DNA from: Candidatus Aquilonibacter sp. | GTDB lineage: Bacteria; Verrucomicrobiota; Verrucomicrobiia; Limisphaerales; UBA11358 | Assembly: GCA_035504945.1 (NCBI GenBank) | Contig: DATJRH010000032.1 | Location: forward strand, 91,839 to 155,838 | Direction: 5' to 3' | DNA: 64,000 nucleotides | In this document: piece by piece, positions 38,038 to 46,459 of the stretch | Position numbering within the stretch: position 1 is the stretch's first letter | Layout: every line of letters starts with the position of its first letter | Notes under the pieces: model-generated | Told to the model about the DNA's origin: nothing | Databases searched by the model: none | Seen by the model: the letters and a program-made list of their open reading frames with translations, nothing else | Program-made: the position numbers and the translations under genes

Positions 38038-39795
38038 ATGGACGCACCAGTCCAATCCAATTGTTGCGGCGCGACGGCGCGGCTAGTTTGCCTGTCCCAA
38101 ACTTTTCCGGCCGGTCGCGCCATCCTTTTGCTTGCAACGCTGGTCGTTTTTTGTCTGGCGGACTTGTCTACCGCAGCACAGGGCGTCGTGCATTTGAACA
38201 TCACCCGGCCGGGCGGAATGCCCGGAACGCCTGTCATGACGGGAATTCAAAAAATAACCAACGGCGTCAACCTCACTTGGGACGGCCCGTCTGGATATTA
38301 TCAGGTATGGCATAAAATCCATTTAACGAATTCAACCTGGCTGGCCGTTGGAAAACCTACCAATCTGAACCGAACCGCCACTATCACCACTCTTTATAAC
38401 AACGACTTTTTCCGCGTATCCGGCCCTGCGCCGAATTACGCCGGTTCGCAGGTCTGCATCAGTTGCCACGGCACCATTCACTCGACAGTGATCCTCACCG
38501 AACATGCGCAGGCGTTCACCAACGCGCTCTTTATCGCGCAGGGCGGCCAGACCAACGCCTCGTGCCTCGCCTGCCACACGGTTGGCTATGGACTGCCGAC
38601 CGGATTTGTCAGCGCGTCCAAAACACCGCTGCTGGAAGGCGTGCAATGTGAAAACTGCCACGGCCCCGCCGCCAATCACGCTGCCAATCCCGACGACTTC
38701 ACGGTAATCCCGCAGGTGGAAATTGCCGCGCAAGTTTGTGGCGGTTGCCACAACGCCCAATTTGTTCCCAGCCAAGTGGCGGACGAGCATCCTTCGTTCT
38801 TTGAAGATTGGAACGCGTCGCCGCACAGCGCCGTAGTGCCCGACGTGCTGTCGAGCATGAGTTCCTCGCCGGCCAACATCAACAGTTGCGGCCAGTGTCA
38901 TTCGGGTTCGGCGCGGCTCGCCTTGCTGCAAGGCCAGAATCCCAGCACGACGCTGACCAACGATTACAATGTTGCCATCACCTGTGCGGTCTGCCACGAC
39001 CCGCACGCGCAGCACGTTTGGACCAATGTGTTGAGCGGAGTGATCCAATTCACAAATTCGCTGACGGGCTACGGCATCGTGTTCACCAACGACGAGCTTG
39101 GACAAGTTTACACCAACCAACTCCTTTGTGCCCTGTCTTCAACCAACGACTTCGTCCTGACGACGTCGGACGTCTTTTCGAATACCTACAATCCCAACAT
39201 CAACGTTTGCGCCCAGTGCCACAACGACCGCGGCGCGGCCTGGACTGACACTTCCCGTTCGCCGCATCACTCGCCGCAATACAACATTATGCTCGGCACC
39301 GTCGGCGAATTTGACAGCGGACCTTCTCCCGGATTGCCCTCGACCCATTCGCGGCTGGAGAAGCAGTGCGTCGAATGCCACATGCAAACGCCCGGCGATT
39401 CGAGCGGTCACAGCTTCCAGGTGGTTTCATATCAACTTTGTTACCAGTGCCACAGCAATCCGGAAGGGTTGGTGCAATTAGTAACCAACGACATCGCCGG
39501 CCAGATTCAAGAAACACAATTCTACCTCAATTATTGGGCGAACAACGACGCGCCGGCGGGATTGCAGAAATACGGCACGCTCGCGTGGGAATACACAACG
39601 CCGGGCGATTTGTCCCCGGGCGTCTCCGGCCCGAGCGCGGCAGATCAGACGCTCATCCCCGACAACATCAAAAAGGCGCGCTACGATTTATATCTGGTTT
39701 TGTATGACGGCAGCTATGGCGTCCACAACGCACCCTACGACTACCAACTGTTGGAGGCCGCCCAAACATTTGTCATCGAACAATTGCTCCAATGA
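38038..39795 (+). CDS. Secreted nonaheme c-type cytochrome (CytB), paralog of CytA; predicted extracellular partner of the conduit
   Basis: Signal peptide plus nine CXXCH motifs (CISCH, CLACH, CENCH, CGGCH, CGQCH, CAVCH, CAQCH, CVECH, CYQCH). It shares CLxCHTVGY, QCENCHG and DGSYGVHN with CytA. The stop overlaps the next start (ATGA). Confidence 0.85.
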   Translation: MDAPVQSNCCGATARLVCLSQTFPAGRAILLLATLVVFCLADLSTAAQGVVHLNITRPGGMPGTPVMTGIQKITNGVNLTWDGPSGYYQVWHKIHLTNSTWLAVGKPTNLNRTATITTLYNNDFFRVSGPAPNYAGSQVCISCHGTIHSTVILTEHAQAFTNALFIAQGGQTNASCLACHTVGYGLPTGFVSASKTPLLEGVQCENCHGPAANHAANPDDFTVIPQVEIAAQVCGGCHNAQFVPSQVADEHPSFFEDWNASPHSAVVPDVLSSMSSSPANINSCGQCHSGSARLALLQGQNPSTTLTNDYNVAITCAVCHDPHAQHVWTNVLSGVIQFTNSLTGYGIVFTNDELGQVYTNQLLCALSSTNDFVLTTSDVFSNTYNPNINVCAQCHNDRGAAWTDTSRSPHHSPQYNIMLGTVGEFDSGPSPGLPSTHSRLEKQCVECHMQTPGDSSGHSFQVVSYQLCYQCHSNPEGLVQLVTNDIAGQIQETQFYLNYWANNDAPAGLQKYGTLAWEYTTPGDLSPGVSGPSAADQTLIPDNIKKARYDLYLVLYDGSYGVHNAPYDYQLLEAAQTFVIEQLLQ

Positions 39796-40640
39796 AATCC
39801 AACCGACATTTCAACTCCCGCAAAATAGGAAAAACGTCCGTGCTGGCGGCCGGTGCAGCACTCCTGCTGTTGGTGGTGATTTCCTGCTCCACCGTCAACC
39901 GGACCGTGGTGCAACTGCCCAATGTTCCGGGCGCGACCTACATCGGTTCCGACCAATGCGAGATGTGCCACGATGACGTTTGCAAGGATTTCGTCACCGC
40001 CGATCACGCCCGCCTGATGGCTCTTGGCACCAACGCGCTGGATGCCGGCTGCGAATCCTGCCACGGCCCGTGCAGCATTCATGCGGATTCGGGCGGCGAC
40101 ACGCTGCCGCCTTACACTTTTACTGCTGGGCGCGGCTCCCGGAGCAGCTACGGCGCGCGGGTCACCGAAGAGCCGCCACGTTCGGAGGAAACGGTCTGCT
40201 ACAGCTGCCATGCCGACGTGCGCGCACAGTTTGAATTGCCGGATCATCATCCGGTGCCCGAAGGCCGGATGACTTGCTCCGATTGCCACGACCCCCACAA
40301 GGGTTCCATTTACAAAGGCGGCGGAACGTCGTTGCTTTCGGAAAACGAAATGTGTCTGCGTTGTCATCAAGAGCAGCGCGGACCTTACGTCTTTGAACAC
40401 GATGCGCTGCGTGAAGGCTGCACCACCTGCCACAACCCGCACGGCTCGATCAACGCCAAGCTGCTGACGGAGCGCGACGCGAACCTGTGTTTGAAATGCC
40501 ATTTCGAGCAGGTCAGCGGCGGCGAAATTTTAATCGGCGGCTCCGACCACACGCTGCGCCTGCAACAAGGCACTTGTTGGAGCGCCGGCTGCCACGAAGC
40601 GGTGCATGGCTCGCGCGTCAGCCCGTCATTACGATTTTAA
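39792..40640 (+). CDS. Octaheme c-type cytochrome lipoprotein (CytC), predicted periplasmic/inner-leaflet component of a porin-cytochrome complex
   Basis: Lipobox LLVVISC. Seven CXXCH motifs (CEMCH, CESCH, CYSCH, CSDCH, CLRCH, CTTCH, CLKCH) plus CWSAGCH (CX4CH). The GPYVFEH...CTTCHNPHGS motif is typical of MtrA/OmaB-like cytochromes, as far as I recall. Confidence 0.85.
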   Translation: MKSNRHFNSRKIGKTSVLAAGAALLLLVVISCSTVNRTVVQLPNVPGATYIGSDQCEMCHDDVCKDFVTADHARLMALGTNALDAGCESCHGPCSIHADSGGDTLPPYTFTAGRGSRSSYGARVTEEPPRSEETVCYSCHADVRAQFELPDHHPVPEGRMTCSDCHDPHKGSIYKGGGTSLLSENEMCLRCHQEQRGPYVFEHDALREGCTTCHNPHGSINAKLLTERDANLCLKCHFEQVSGGEILIGGSDHTLRLQQGTCWSAGCHEAVHGSRVSPSLRF

Positions 40641-40654
40641 GCGCCTCGAAAGCG

Positions 40655-42775
40655 ATGAAAATAAAATTGCCCCCGAAAATCCGGTTTGAAAGCGGCGCCC
40701 GCGCCGGCTGGCTCCTTTGCGCATTGCTGGCGGCCGCCAGCACGCCGGCGCGCGCCGATGACACGAACAGCCCGCCGATGTCGCCGCAGGATTATTTTGA
40801 AGGCGGCACCAACACTTACAACAATTGGATTGAGTTATCCACCGGCGGCTTTCTGACGCGCGGCAATCAAGCGCAGGCGGAGGAAATGCAACATTGGAGC
40901 GGCGGGGCGTTTGGCGGCATTGAAGACCTGCACCTTCAGGGCAACGCCTTCACGAACACCACTTTCACCCTCGACGGCCACTCGATTTTTGACCAGCACG
41001 ATTATGATTTGACGTTCCGCCTGGAGCATCCCGAATTGTGGTATCTTCAATTTCACTTTGACAATTTCCGCACCTGGTCCGACGACCTCGGCGGCTATTA
41101 TCCGCCCACCGGCACGCAATACTCGGATTCGGGCAGCGCGCTGGCGCTGGATCGCGGCGAGTTTTCGTTTCAAGGCGGATTGACGCTGAACAATCTCCCA
41201 TCCATCACCTTCAAATACACGCACAGCTACTGCAACGGCGACAAAAGTTCGACCATCTGGGGACCGGTGCATCCCGACCCGCTGAATTCCCCGGCGACGG
41301 TGCGCGATCTGTATCCGAGTTTTTACGGCATTGACGAAACGGTGGACGCCTTCGACTTGAACGCCAAAAAATACCTCATCGGAACGGATTTTGGCCTGGG
41401 GTTGCACTACGAACACGGCGATTTGAAGGACGCGCTGGACTCGACGCTTTATCAGGGCGAGCCGGTTCAACAAGACGTCACGGACAGCCAGAAAAACTCC
41501 TACGATTTGTTCAGTGTTGACGCCACCAGCGAAACTTGGATCAAAAACAACCTGATGCTTTCCGCGGGCGGCATGTTCGCCGATCTCGACAATCACTTTT
41601 CCGGCAGCGAGATTTACGGCAGCGATTTCGGCGCGGGATATTCGCCCGGCCTTTACAACGGCCTGGGTTACTACAACATGACCGGCAGTTCTCATTTGCA
41701 GGAATACGTGATGGATCTGAACCTGCTGACCATTCCCGTCAAAACGCTCACCATCATTCCGGCCATCCGCGTGCAGAAGGAACACTGGGACGCCGATTCC
41801 AGCGGGACGGGAACATTGAGCGACTTTTCCACGGAACCTTTCGACAGCGAAAGCTCGCGGGACGTGATAGACGTGTGCGAGAGCCTGGGGTTGCGTTACA
41901 CGGGCGTGACCAACTGGGTCTTCTCCGCCGATGGCGAATGGGACGAGACGCAAGGAAACCTGAACCAAATGGGCGGCTTGAGCCAGATCAACGGAATTGG
42001 CGTCCCGGCCGTCACCAATTTCACCGACGACAGCAGCTTGTTGCAGAAATACTCCATCGGCACCCGCTGGTATCCGCTTTATTGCCTCACGCTGGACTTT
42101 GGCGGCTATTATAAAAACGAGAGCTACAACTTCAACTCCCCGATGGACAGCACGCCCGATGGCGACACCTATCCCGGCTACCTGGCGGTGCAAAGCTCCC
42201 AAACTTATGACGGCAACTTTCGCCTGACGTGGCACCCTGTTTCAATGGTCAGCCTGACCAGCCGGTATGAATATCAATTGTCCACGATTGACACCACGCC
42301 GGATCCCGCTTCGGGTTTGAGCGAGGTGGAATCCTCGAGAATGGTCAGCCATGTCATTGGCCAGGATGTCAGTTGGGTTCCGTGGTCACGCTTGAGTTTG
42401 CAGGCCGGATTCAATTACGTCTTGAGCGAAACCAAAACGCCGGCCTCGGAATACACGCAGTCCATTCTCGATGCGCAGAACAATTACTGGACGGTGAATT
42501 TTTCGTCGAGCTTTGTGGTGGACGATAAAACGACTTTCGACGTGAATTATTTTTATTATCAGGCGGATGATTATCAGGACAATTCCGCCTACGGCGTGCC
42601 GCTGGGCGCCGGCTCGCGCGAACATGGCGTGACGGCCACGCTCACCCGGCAGATCAATCCGCGTATGCGGGTCAACCTGAAATACGGCTACTACAATTAC
42701 GCGGACGCGCTCACCGGCGGCAACGGCAATTTTGAGGCCCAACTGGTTTCTGCCAGCCTGCAATATCGCTTCTAA
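40655..42775 (+). CDS. Large outer-membrane beta-barrel protein (706 aa), candidate cytochrome-sheathing porin (MtrB/PioB/OmbB analog)
   Basis: Signal peptide ending ARADD. Alternating aromatic/polar strand-like composition rich in Y, G, N, D, T. C-terminal OMP signature LQYRF. It starts 14 nt after CytC. The track ORF start at 40487 lies inside cytC. Confidence 0.7.
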   Translation: MKIKLPPKIRFESGARAGWLLCALLAAASTPARADDTNSPPMSPQDYFEGGTNTYNNWIELSTGGFLTRGNQAQAEEMQHWSGGAFGGIEDLHLQGNAFTNTTFTLDGHSIFDQHDYDLTFRLEHPELWYLQFHFDNFRTWSDDLGGYYPPTGTQYSDSGSALALDRGEFSFQGGLTLNNLPSITFKYTHSYCNGDKSSTIWGPVHPDPLNSPATVRDLYPSFYGIDETVDAFDLNAKKYLIGTDFGLGLHYEHGDLKDALDSTLYQGEPVQQDVTDSQKNSYDLFSVDATSETWIKNNLMLSAGGMFADLDNHFSGSEIYGSDFGAGYSPGLYNGLGYYNMTGSSHLQEYVMDLNLLTIPVKTLTIIPAIRVQKEHWDADSSGTGTLSDFSTEPFDSESSRDVIDVCESLGLRYTGVTNWVFSADGEWDETQGNLNQMGGLSQINGIGVPAVTNFTDDSSLLQKYSIGTRWYPLYCLTLDFGGYYKNESYNFNSPMDSTPDGDTYPGYLAVQSSQTYDGNFRLTWHPVSMVSLTSRYEYQLSTIDTTPDPASGLSEVESSRMVSHVIGQDVSWVPWSRLSLQAGFNYVLSETKTPASEYTQSILDAQNNYWTVNFSSSFVVDDKTTFDVNYFYYQADDYQDNSAYGVPLGAGSREHGVTATLTRQINPRMRVNLKYGYYNYADALTGGNGNFEAQLVSASLQYRF

Positions 42776-42802
42776 TTACGGCATTCCTTCGCCGGAAACA
42801 CC

Positions 42803-42831
42803 TTGACATTCAGCCATCTTTTGCTTAAATA
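42803..42831 (+). promoter_or_regulatory. Candidate sigma70-type promoter for the second cytochrome/barrel module
   Basis: TTGACA (42803-42808), a 17-nt spacer, then TAAATA (42826-42831). The -10 element is overlapped by the palindrome TTTTGCT-N8-AGCAAAA (42819-42840). Confidence 0.4.
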
Positions 42832-42955
42832 ACAGCAAAATCTGGCAAGCCGAATTCTTGCGGCGGGCCGGATGAAATCACGGGGGCAATCTTCAGCGGA
42901 CTTGGGGAAGCAGATACGGGCGGTTTGGAAGATAAAACAATCGGCAGCCACGCTT

Positions 42956-43771
42956 ATGAGGTTGAAGTTTATCTCTAGACTTGGCCAGGCGGTTGCTTGG
43001 GGGAAGCGGCATCCGCGCTTGGTGCTTTTTCTGGCGTTCCTGACGCTTGGAGGAGTGGGAGTGATTTCTTGCACCAGCGTCAACCGGGTGGAAGTGGCGC
43101 CGCCGCAAATTCCCGGAGCCACTTACGTCGGCTCGGAGGCATGCGCGGAATGCCATCAAGACATCTACCACGATTTCAACACCGCGACGCATTATCATTT
43201 GAAGGCGCCGGGCACCAACGCGATGTTCGTCGGCTGCGAATCCTGCCACGGCCCCGGCAGCCTGCATGTGGAATCCGGCGGAGCGCCCAACACCATCATC
43301 AACCCCGGCAAATCACCGCAAGTTTGCTTTCAATGCCACGTGGACAAGGAGGCGGAATTCAACCTGCCGTCACATCACCCGGTCATCGAAGGCAAGATGA
43401 GCTGCGCCGATTGCCATGATCCGCACAAAGGCAATGTGATTCCCGGCGGCGGCACGGAACTCGCCTCGCTGAATTCCATCTGCACCAAATGCCACACGGC
43501 GCAAGCCGGCCCGTTTGTGTTCGAGCACGAGGCGATGCGCGAAGGCTGCATCACCTGCCACAATCCGCACGGGAGCGTGAATCCGCGATTGCTGGTGGCG
43601 CGCAATGCCACACTTTGTTTGCGCTGCCATTTTCAAGAGCAGACAACCAGCGGCGCCATTTACATCGGCAATGTGAATCACACGACATTTTTGAGCCGCG
43701 GGACCTGCTGGAGCGCCGGTTGCCATGAAGCCATCCACGGTTCGCAGGTCAGCGATCTTTTGCGTTATTAA
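42956..43771 (+). CDS. Octaheme c-type cytochrome lipoprotein (CytC'), paralog of CytC
   Basis: Lipobox GVGVISC. Seven CXXCH motifs (CAECH, CESCH, CFQCH, CADCH, CTKCH, CITCH, CLRCH) plus CWSAGCH. It is collinear with CytC. An alternative ATG at 42872 would add 28 aa to an already long n-region. Confidence 0.8.
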   Translation: MRLKFISRLGQAVAWGKRHPRLVLFLAFLTLGGVGVISCTSVNRVEVAPPQIPGATYVGSEACAECHQDIYHDFNTATHYHLKAPGTNAMFVGCESCHGPGSLHVESGGAPNTIINPGKSPQVCFQCHVDKEAEFNLPSHHPVIEGKMSCADCHDPHKGNVIPGGGTELASLNSICTKCHTAQAGPFVFEHEAMREGCITCHNPHGSVNPRLLVARNATLCLRCHFQEQTTSGAIYIGNVNHTTFLSRGTCWSAGCHEAIHGSQVSDLLRY

Positions 43772-43790
43772 AAATCAAACCCGAAAACCA

Positions 43791-45908
43791 GTGAAAACAT
43801 TTACCAAATCCGGCAGGCAACGCCGGCATCCGGCAGTGGCCGGCGGTGTGGTTCTCGCCACGTCCCTGCTGGGCGCCGCGCGCTGCCTGGCGCAGGGAAC
43901 AGTCAATCCGGATGCGAACTTGGAGAATCCAACGGATTACAACAACTGGCTGACGCTCGGTGTCGGCAGCACGTTTGTGGCGGACGGCGACAAGGCGCAG
44001 TTTGAACACCAGACCCACACCACGGGCGGGCCGTTCGGCGGCGTGCAGGATTTTCACTGGCAGCAATTCGTGGGGAAAACGGGAATGTTCACGATGAACG
44101 GGCACGCGATGGCGGGCGACGATGATTATGCGATCAATTTGGATTTGTCGTATCCGGACAAGGGTTATGTCCGCGCCGGGTTCAATCAATTTCGCACGTG
44201 GTATGACGGCAACGGCGGATTTTTTCCGCAGAACGACCAGTCGTTTTTGCTGTATGACAACGAATTCCACATTGATCGCGGCAGTTTGTGGATTGAAGGC
44301 GGATTGACGTTGCCGGACAAGCCGTCTCTCATCGTCCGCTATGAACATGATTACCGCAAAGGCATAATGGACTCCACTTCCTGGGGCGACACCGGTCTGA
44401 CCGGCGGTTATGGAACCCGCAACATCGTGCCGACGTTTCAGGACATTGACGAAACGCGTGATATTTTCACGGCGGACGTCAAAGACACGCTGGGCAACAC
44501 CGACGCGGGACTGGGCGTGCGCTATGAAATTGATCGCAGCGACGACGCGCTCAACATTGACCGGATGCCAGACTCGTCGGCCAACCGCTACGTCACGCAG
44601 GACAATGATGAGCGGGATGATATGTTCAGCGTCCATGGTTTCACGGAAACATTCTTCAACAAAAAAGCCACGTTCTCGCTGGGCGGCGATTTCACAACGA
44701 TTGACACCGATTTGTCAGGCAGCCGGATTTACGGGCCAAGTTATAATTCTTCATTTTCAACCACCTATCCCAACAGCCAGAGGTTTGATGAGGGTTTCAC
44801 CGACCTTTCCGGCGGCGGCAACACGAAGGATTATGTTGCCAACATGAATCTGATGCTGACGCCGATTGACAATCTGGTGTTTGTTCCCGTGTTCCGTGTG
44901 GAATACCAGGACAACGACCTTTCGGATAATTTCAGTGAAAACGATGTGGCGACCACTGGCGGACCGGTCACTTCAACCCCGACTGCCGAAGCCGACAACA
45001 GTTGGTATCTTGACGTGGCGGAAAGTCTGGAGGCGCGTTACACCGGCTTTCGCAACTGGTCGCTTTACGCCAGCGGCGAATGGTCGGAAGACAACGGCAA
45101 CGAAATGTGGAATGAAACCACCGCCATGCTGACGCCGCTTCTGAATCAAGACTGGAACATGCTTGGACAGAAATACACCGCCGGCGCCAATTGGTATCCG
45201 CTCTACCGGTTGAATTTCGGCGCGCAGTATTACCATCAGATTCACGATTACAATTACGACAACAATCTGACCACCACGCCGACCACGTATCCGGGTTATT
45301 TGCAAGACGAGGGTTTCACGGTGGATGACATGAACATCCGTGCCACGTGGCGCATCTTCGACACGTTGGCGTCCGTCACGCGTTATGATTTTCAATATTC
45401 AACCGTGGACACCACGGGGATTCCCGATGGCGGCACCCAGGCCGGGACCGTTCAAAGCGCGAGCCTCACCAGCCACATCATCAGCGAAAACGTCAGTTGG
45501 ACGCCGCTGTCCCGCTTGTATGTGCAGGCCGGCGGCAGTTACGTCCTGAACAACCTGGATACGCCGGTGCAAAGTTGGATGGGAGCCAATCAAATCGTGC
45601 TTAATTCGGCGGATAATTACTGGACCGTTGACGCCATGGCCGGTTTTGCGCTGGATCAAAAGACCGATCTCCAACTGCAATACTCCTATTACCGTGCGGA
45701 CGATTATGTGGACAATTCGGCTTACAGCCAGCCCTTCGGCGCCGGCGATGAGCAGCAAACCATAACCGCCACGCTCACGCGCCGGATCACCAAGGCGCTT
45801 CAAGTCAGTTTGAAATACGGCTTTTTCCGCAACCGCGACGAAACCTCCGGCGGACAGAATAATTACGACGTGCATCTGGTTTATGCGAACATGGAATACC
45901 GATTTTGA
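43791..45908 (+). CDS. Large outer-membrane beta-barrel protein (705 aa), paralog of 40655..42775
   Basis: It aligns with the first barrel (YNNW..L..G, GGxFGGxxD, FNQFRTW/FDNFRTW, the C-terminal ...YYRADDY.DNSAY and terminal MEYRF). The GTG at 43791 gives a normal signal peptide (..ATSLLGAARCLAQG) 19 nt after cytC'. The ATG at 43725 overlaps cytC' by 47 nt. Confidence 0.7.
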   Translation: MKTFTKSGRQRRHPAVAGGVVLATSLLGAARCLAQGTVNPDANLENPTDYNNWLTLGVGSTFVADGDKAQFEHQTHTTGGPFGGVQDFHWQQFVGKTGMFTMNGHAMAGDDDYAINLDLSYPDKGYVRAGFNQFRTWYDGNGGFFPQNDQSFLLYDNEFHIDRGSLWIEGGLTLPDKPSLIVRYEHDYRKGIMDSTSWGDTGLTGGYGTRNIVPTFQDIDETRDIFTADVKDTLGNTDAGLGVRYEIDRSDDALNIDRMPDSSANRYVTQDNDERDDMFSVHGFTETFFNKKATFSLGGDFTTIDTDLSGSRIYGPSYNSSFSTTYPNSQRFDEGFTDLSGGGNTKDYVANMNLMLTPIDNLVFVPVFRVEYQDNDLSDNFSENDVATTGGPVTSTPTAEADNSWYLDVAESLEARYTGFRNWSLYASGEWSEDNGNEMWNETTAMLTPLLNQDWNMLGQKYTAGANWYPLYRLNFGAQYYHQIHDYNYDNNLTTTPTTYPGYLQDEGFTVDDMNIRATWRIFDTLASVTRYDFQYSTVDTTGIPDGGTQAGTVQSASLTSHIISENVSWTPLSRLYVQAGGSYVLNNLDTPVQSWMGANQIVLNSADNYWTVDAMAGFALDQKTDLQLQYSYYRADDYVDNSAYSQPFGAGDEQQTITATLTRRITKALQVSLKYGFFRNRDETSGGQNNYDVHLVYANMEYRF

Positions 45909-46045
45909 CGGCGCACGAGCAACGCTGCGGGCACAATTTTTGTGTTGTAAAAGGCAAAGGAAGGTTAGCGCGTCCGGCCATTTGCCATAAATTGGCAGAA
46001 AGTTGATTTGACAAAAGCTGAATAGCAATTTTTATTGAATACATT

Positions 46046-46402
46046 ATGAAAATGAAAACACAAACACTCGTAAAAACCTCCATTGTGGCCGCCTTGTTCG
46101 TGGGCGCGTTCTGCTGGTCCGCCGTAGCCGACGACGCCACTCAACTGTGGAACATGAATTGCGCCGCGTGCCATGGCAAGGACGGCAAGGGCGAGACGAT
46201 GATGGGACGCCGACTGCAAATCAAAGATCTGACGGATCCCAAGGTTCAGTCGTCCTTCACCGATGCCGACGCAACCAAGGACATCAAGGAAGGCATCAAC
46301 GTGAATGGCGAGACCAAAATGAAGGCTTTCGGCGATAAATTAAGCGACGACCAAATTAAAGAATTGGTTGCGCAGGTTCGCTCCTTCAAACCGGCCAAAT
46401 AA
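46046..46402 (+). CDS. Small periplasmic monoheme class I cytochrome c
   Basis: 118 aa with a signal peptide, a single CAACH and a downstream Met (GETKMKAF) as a plausible sixth ligand. Confidence 0.8.
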   Translation: MKMKTQTLVKTSIVAALFVGAFCWSAVADDATQLWNMNCAACHGKDGKGETMMGRRLQIKDLTDPKVQSSFTDADATKDIKEGINVNGETKMKAFGDKLSDDQIKELVAQVRSFKPAK

Positions 46403-46459
46403 AAAAATTTCCGTTGGCCGATGGGCGAAGAGAATTCGACGCCCTGATTGATTCGCCCA

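Noticed and set aside
45990-46006. Possible sigma54 promoter (TGGCAG...TTGA) upstream of the monoheme cytochrome
   Set aside because: The GG-N10-GC spacing of the -24/-12 consensus is not met: the position 10 nt after GG is AT, not GC.
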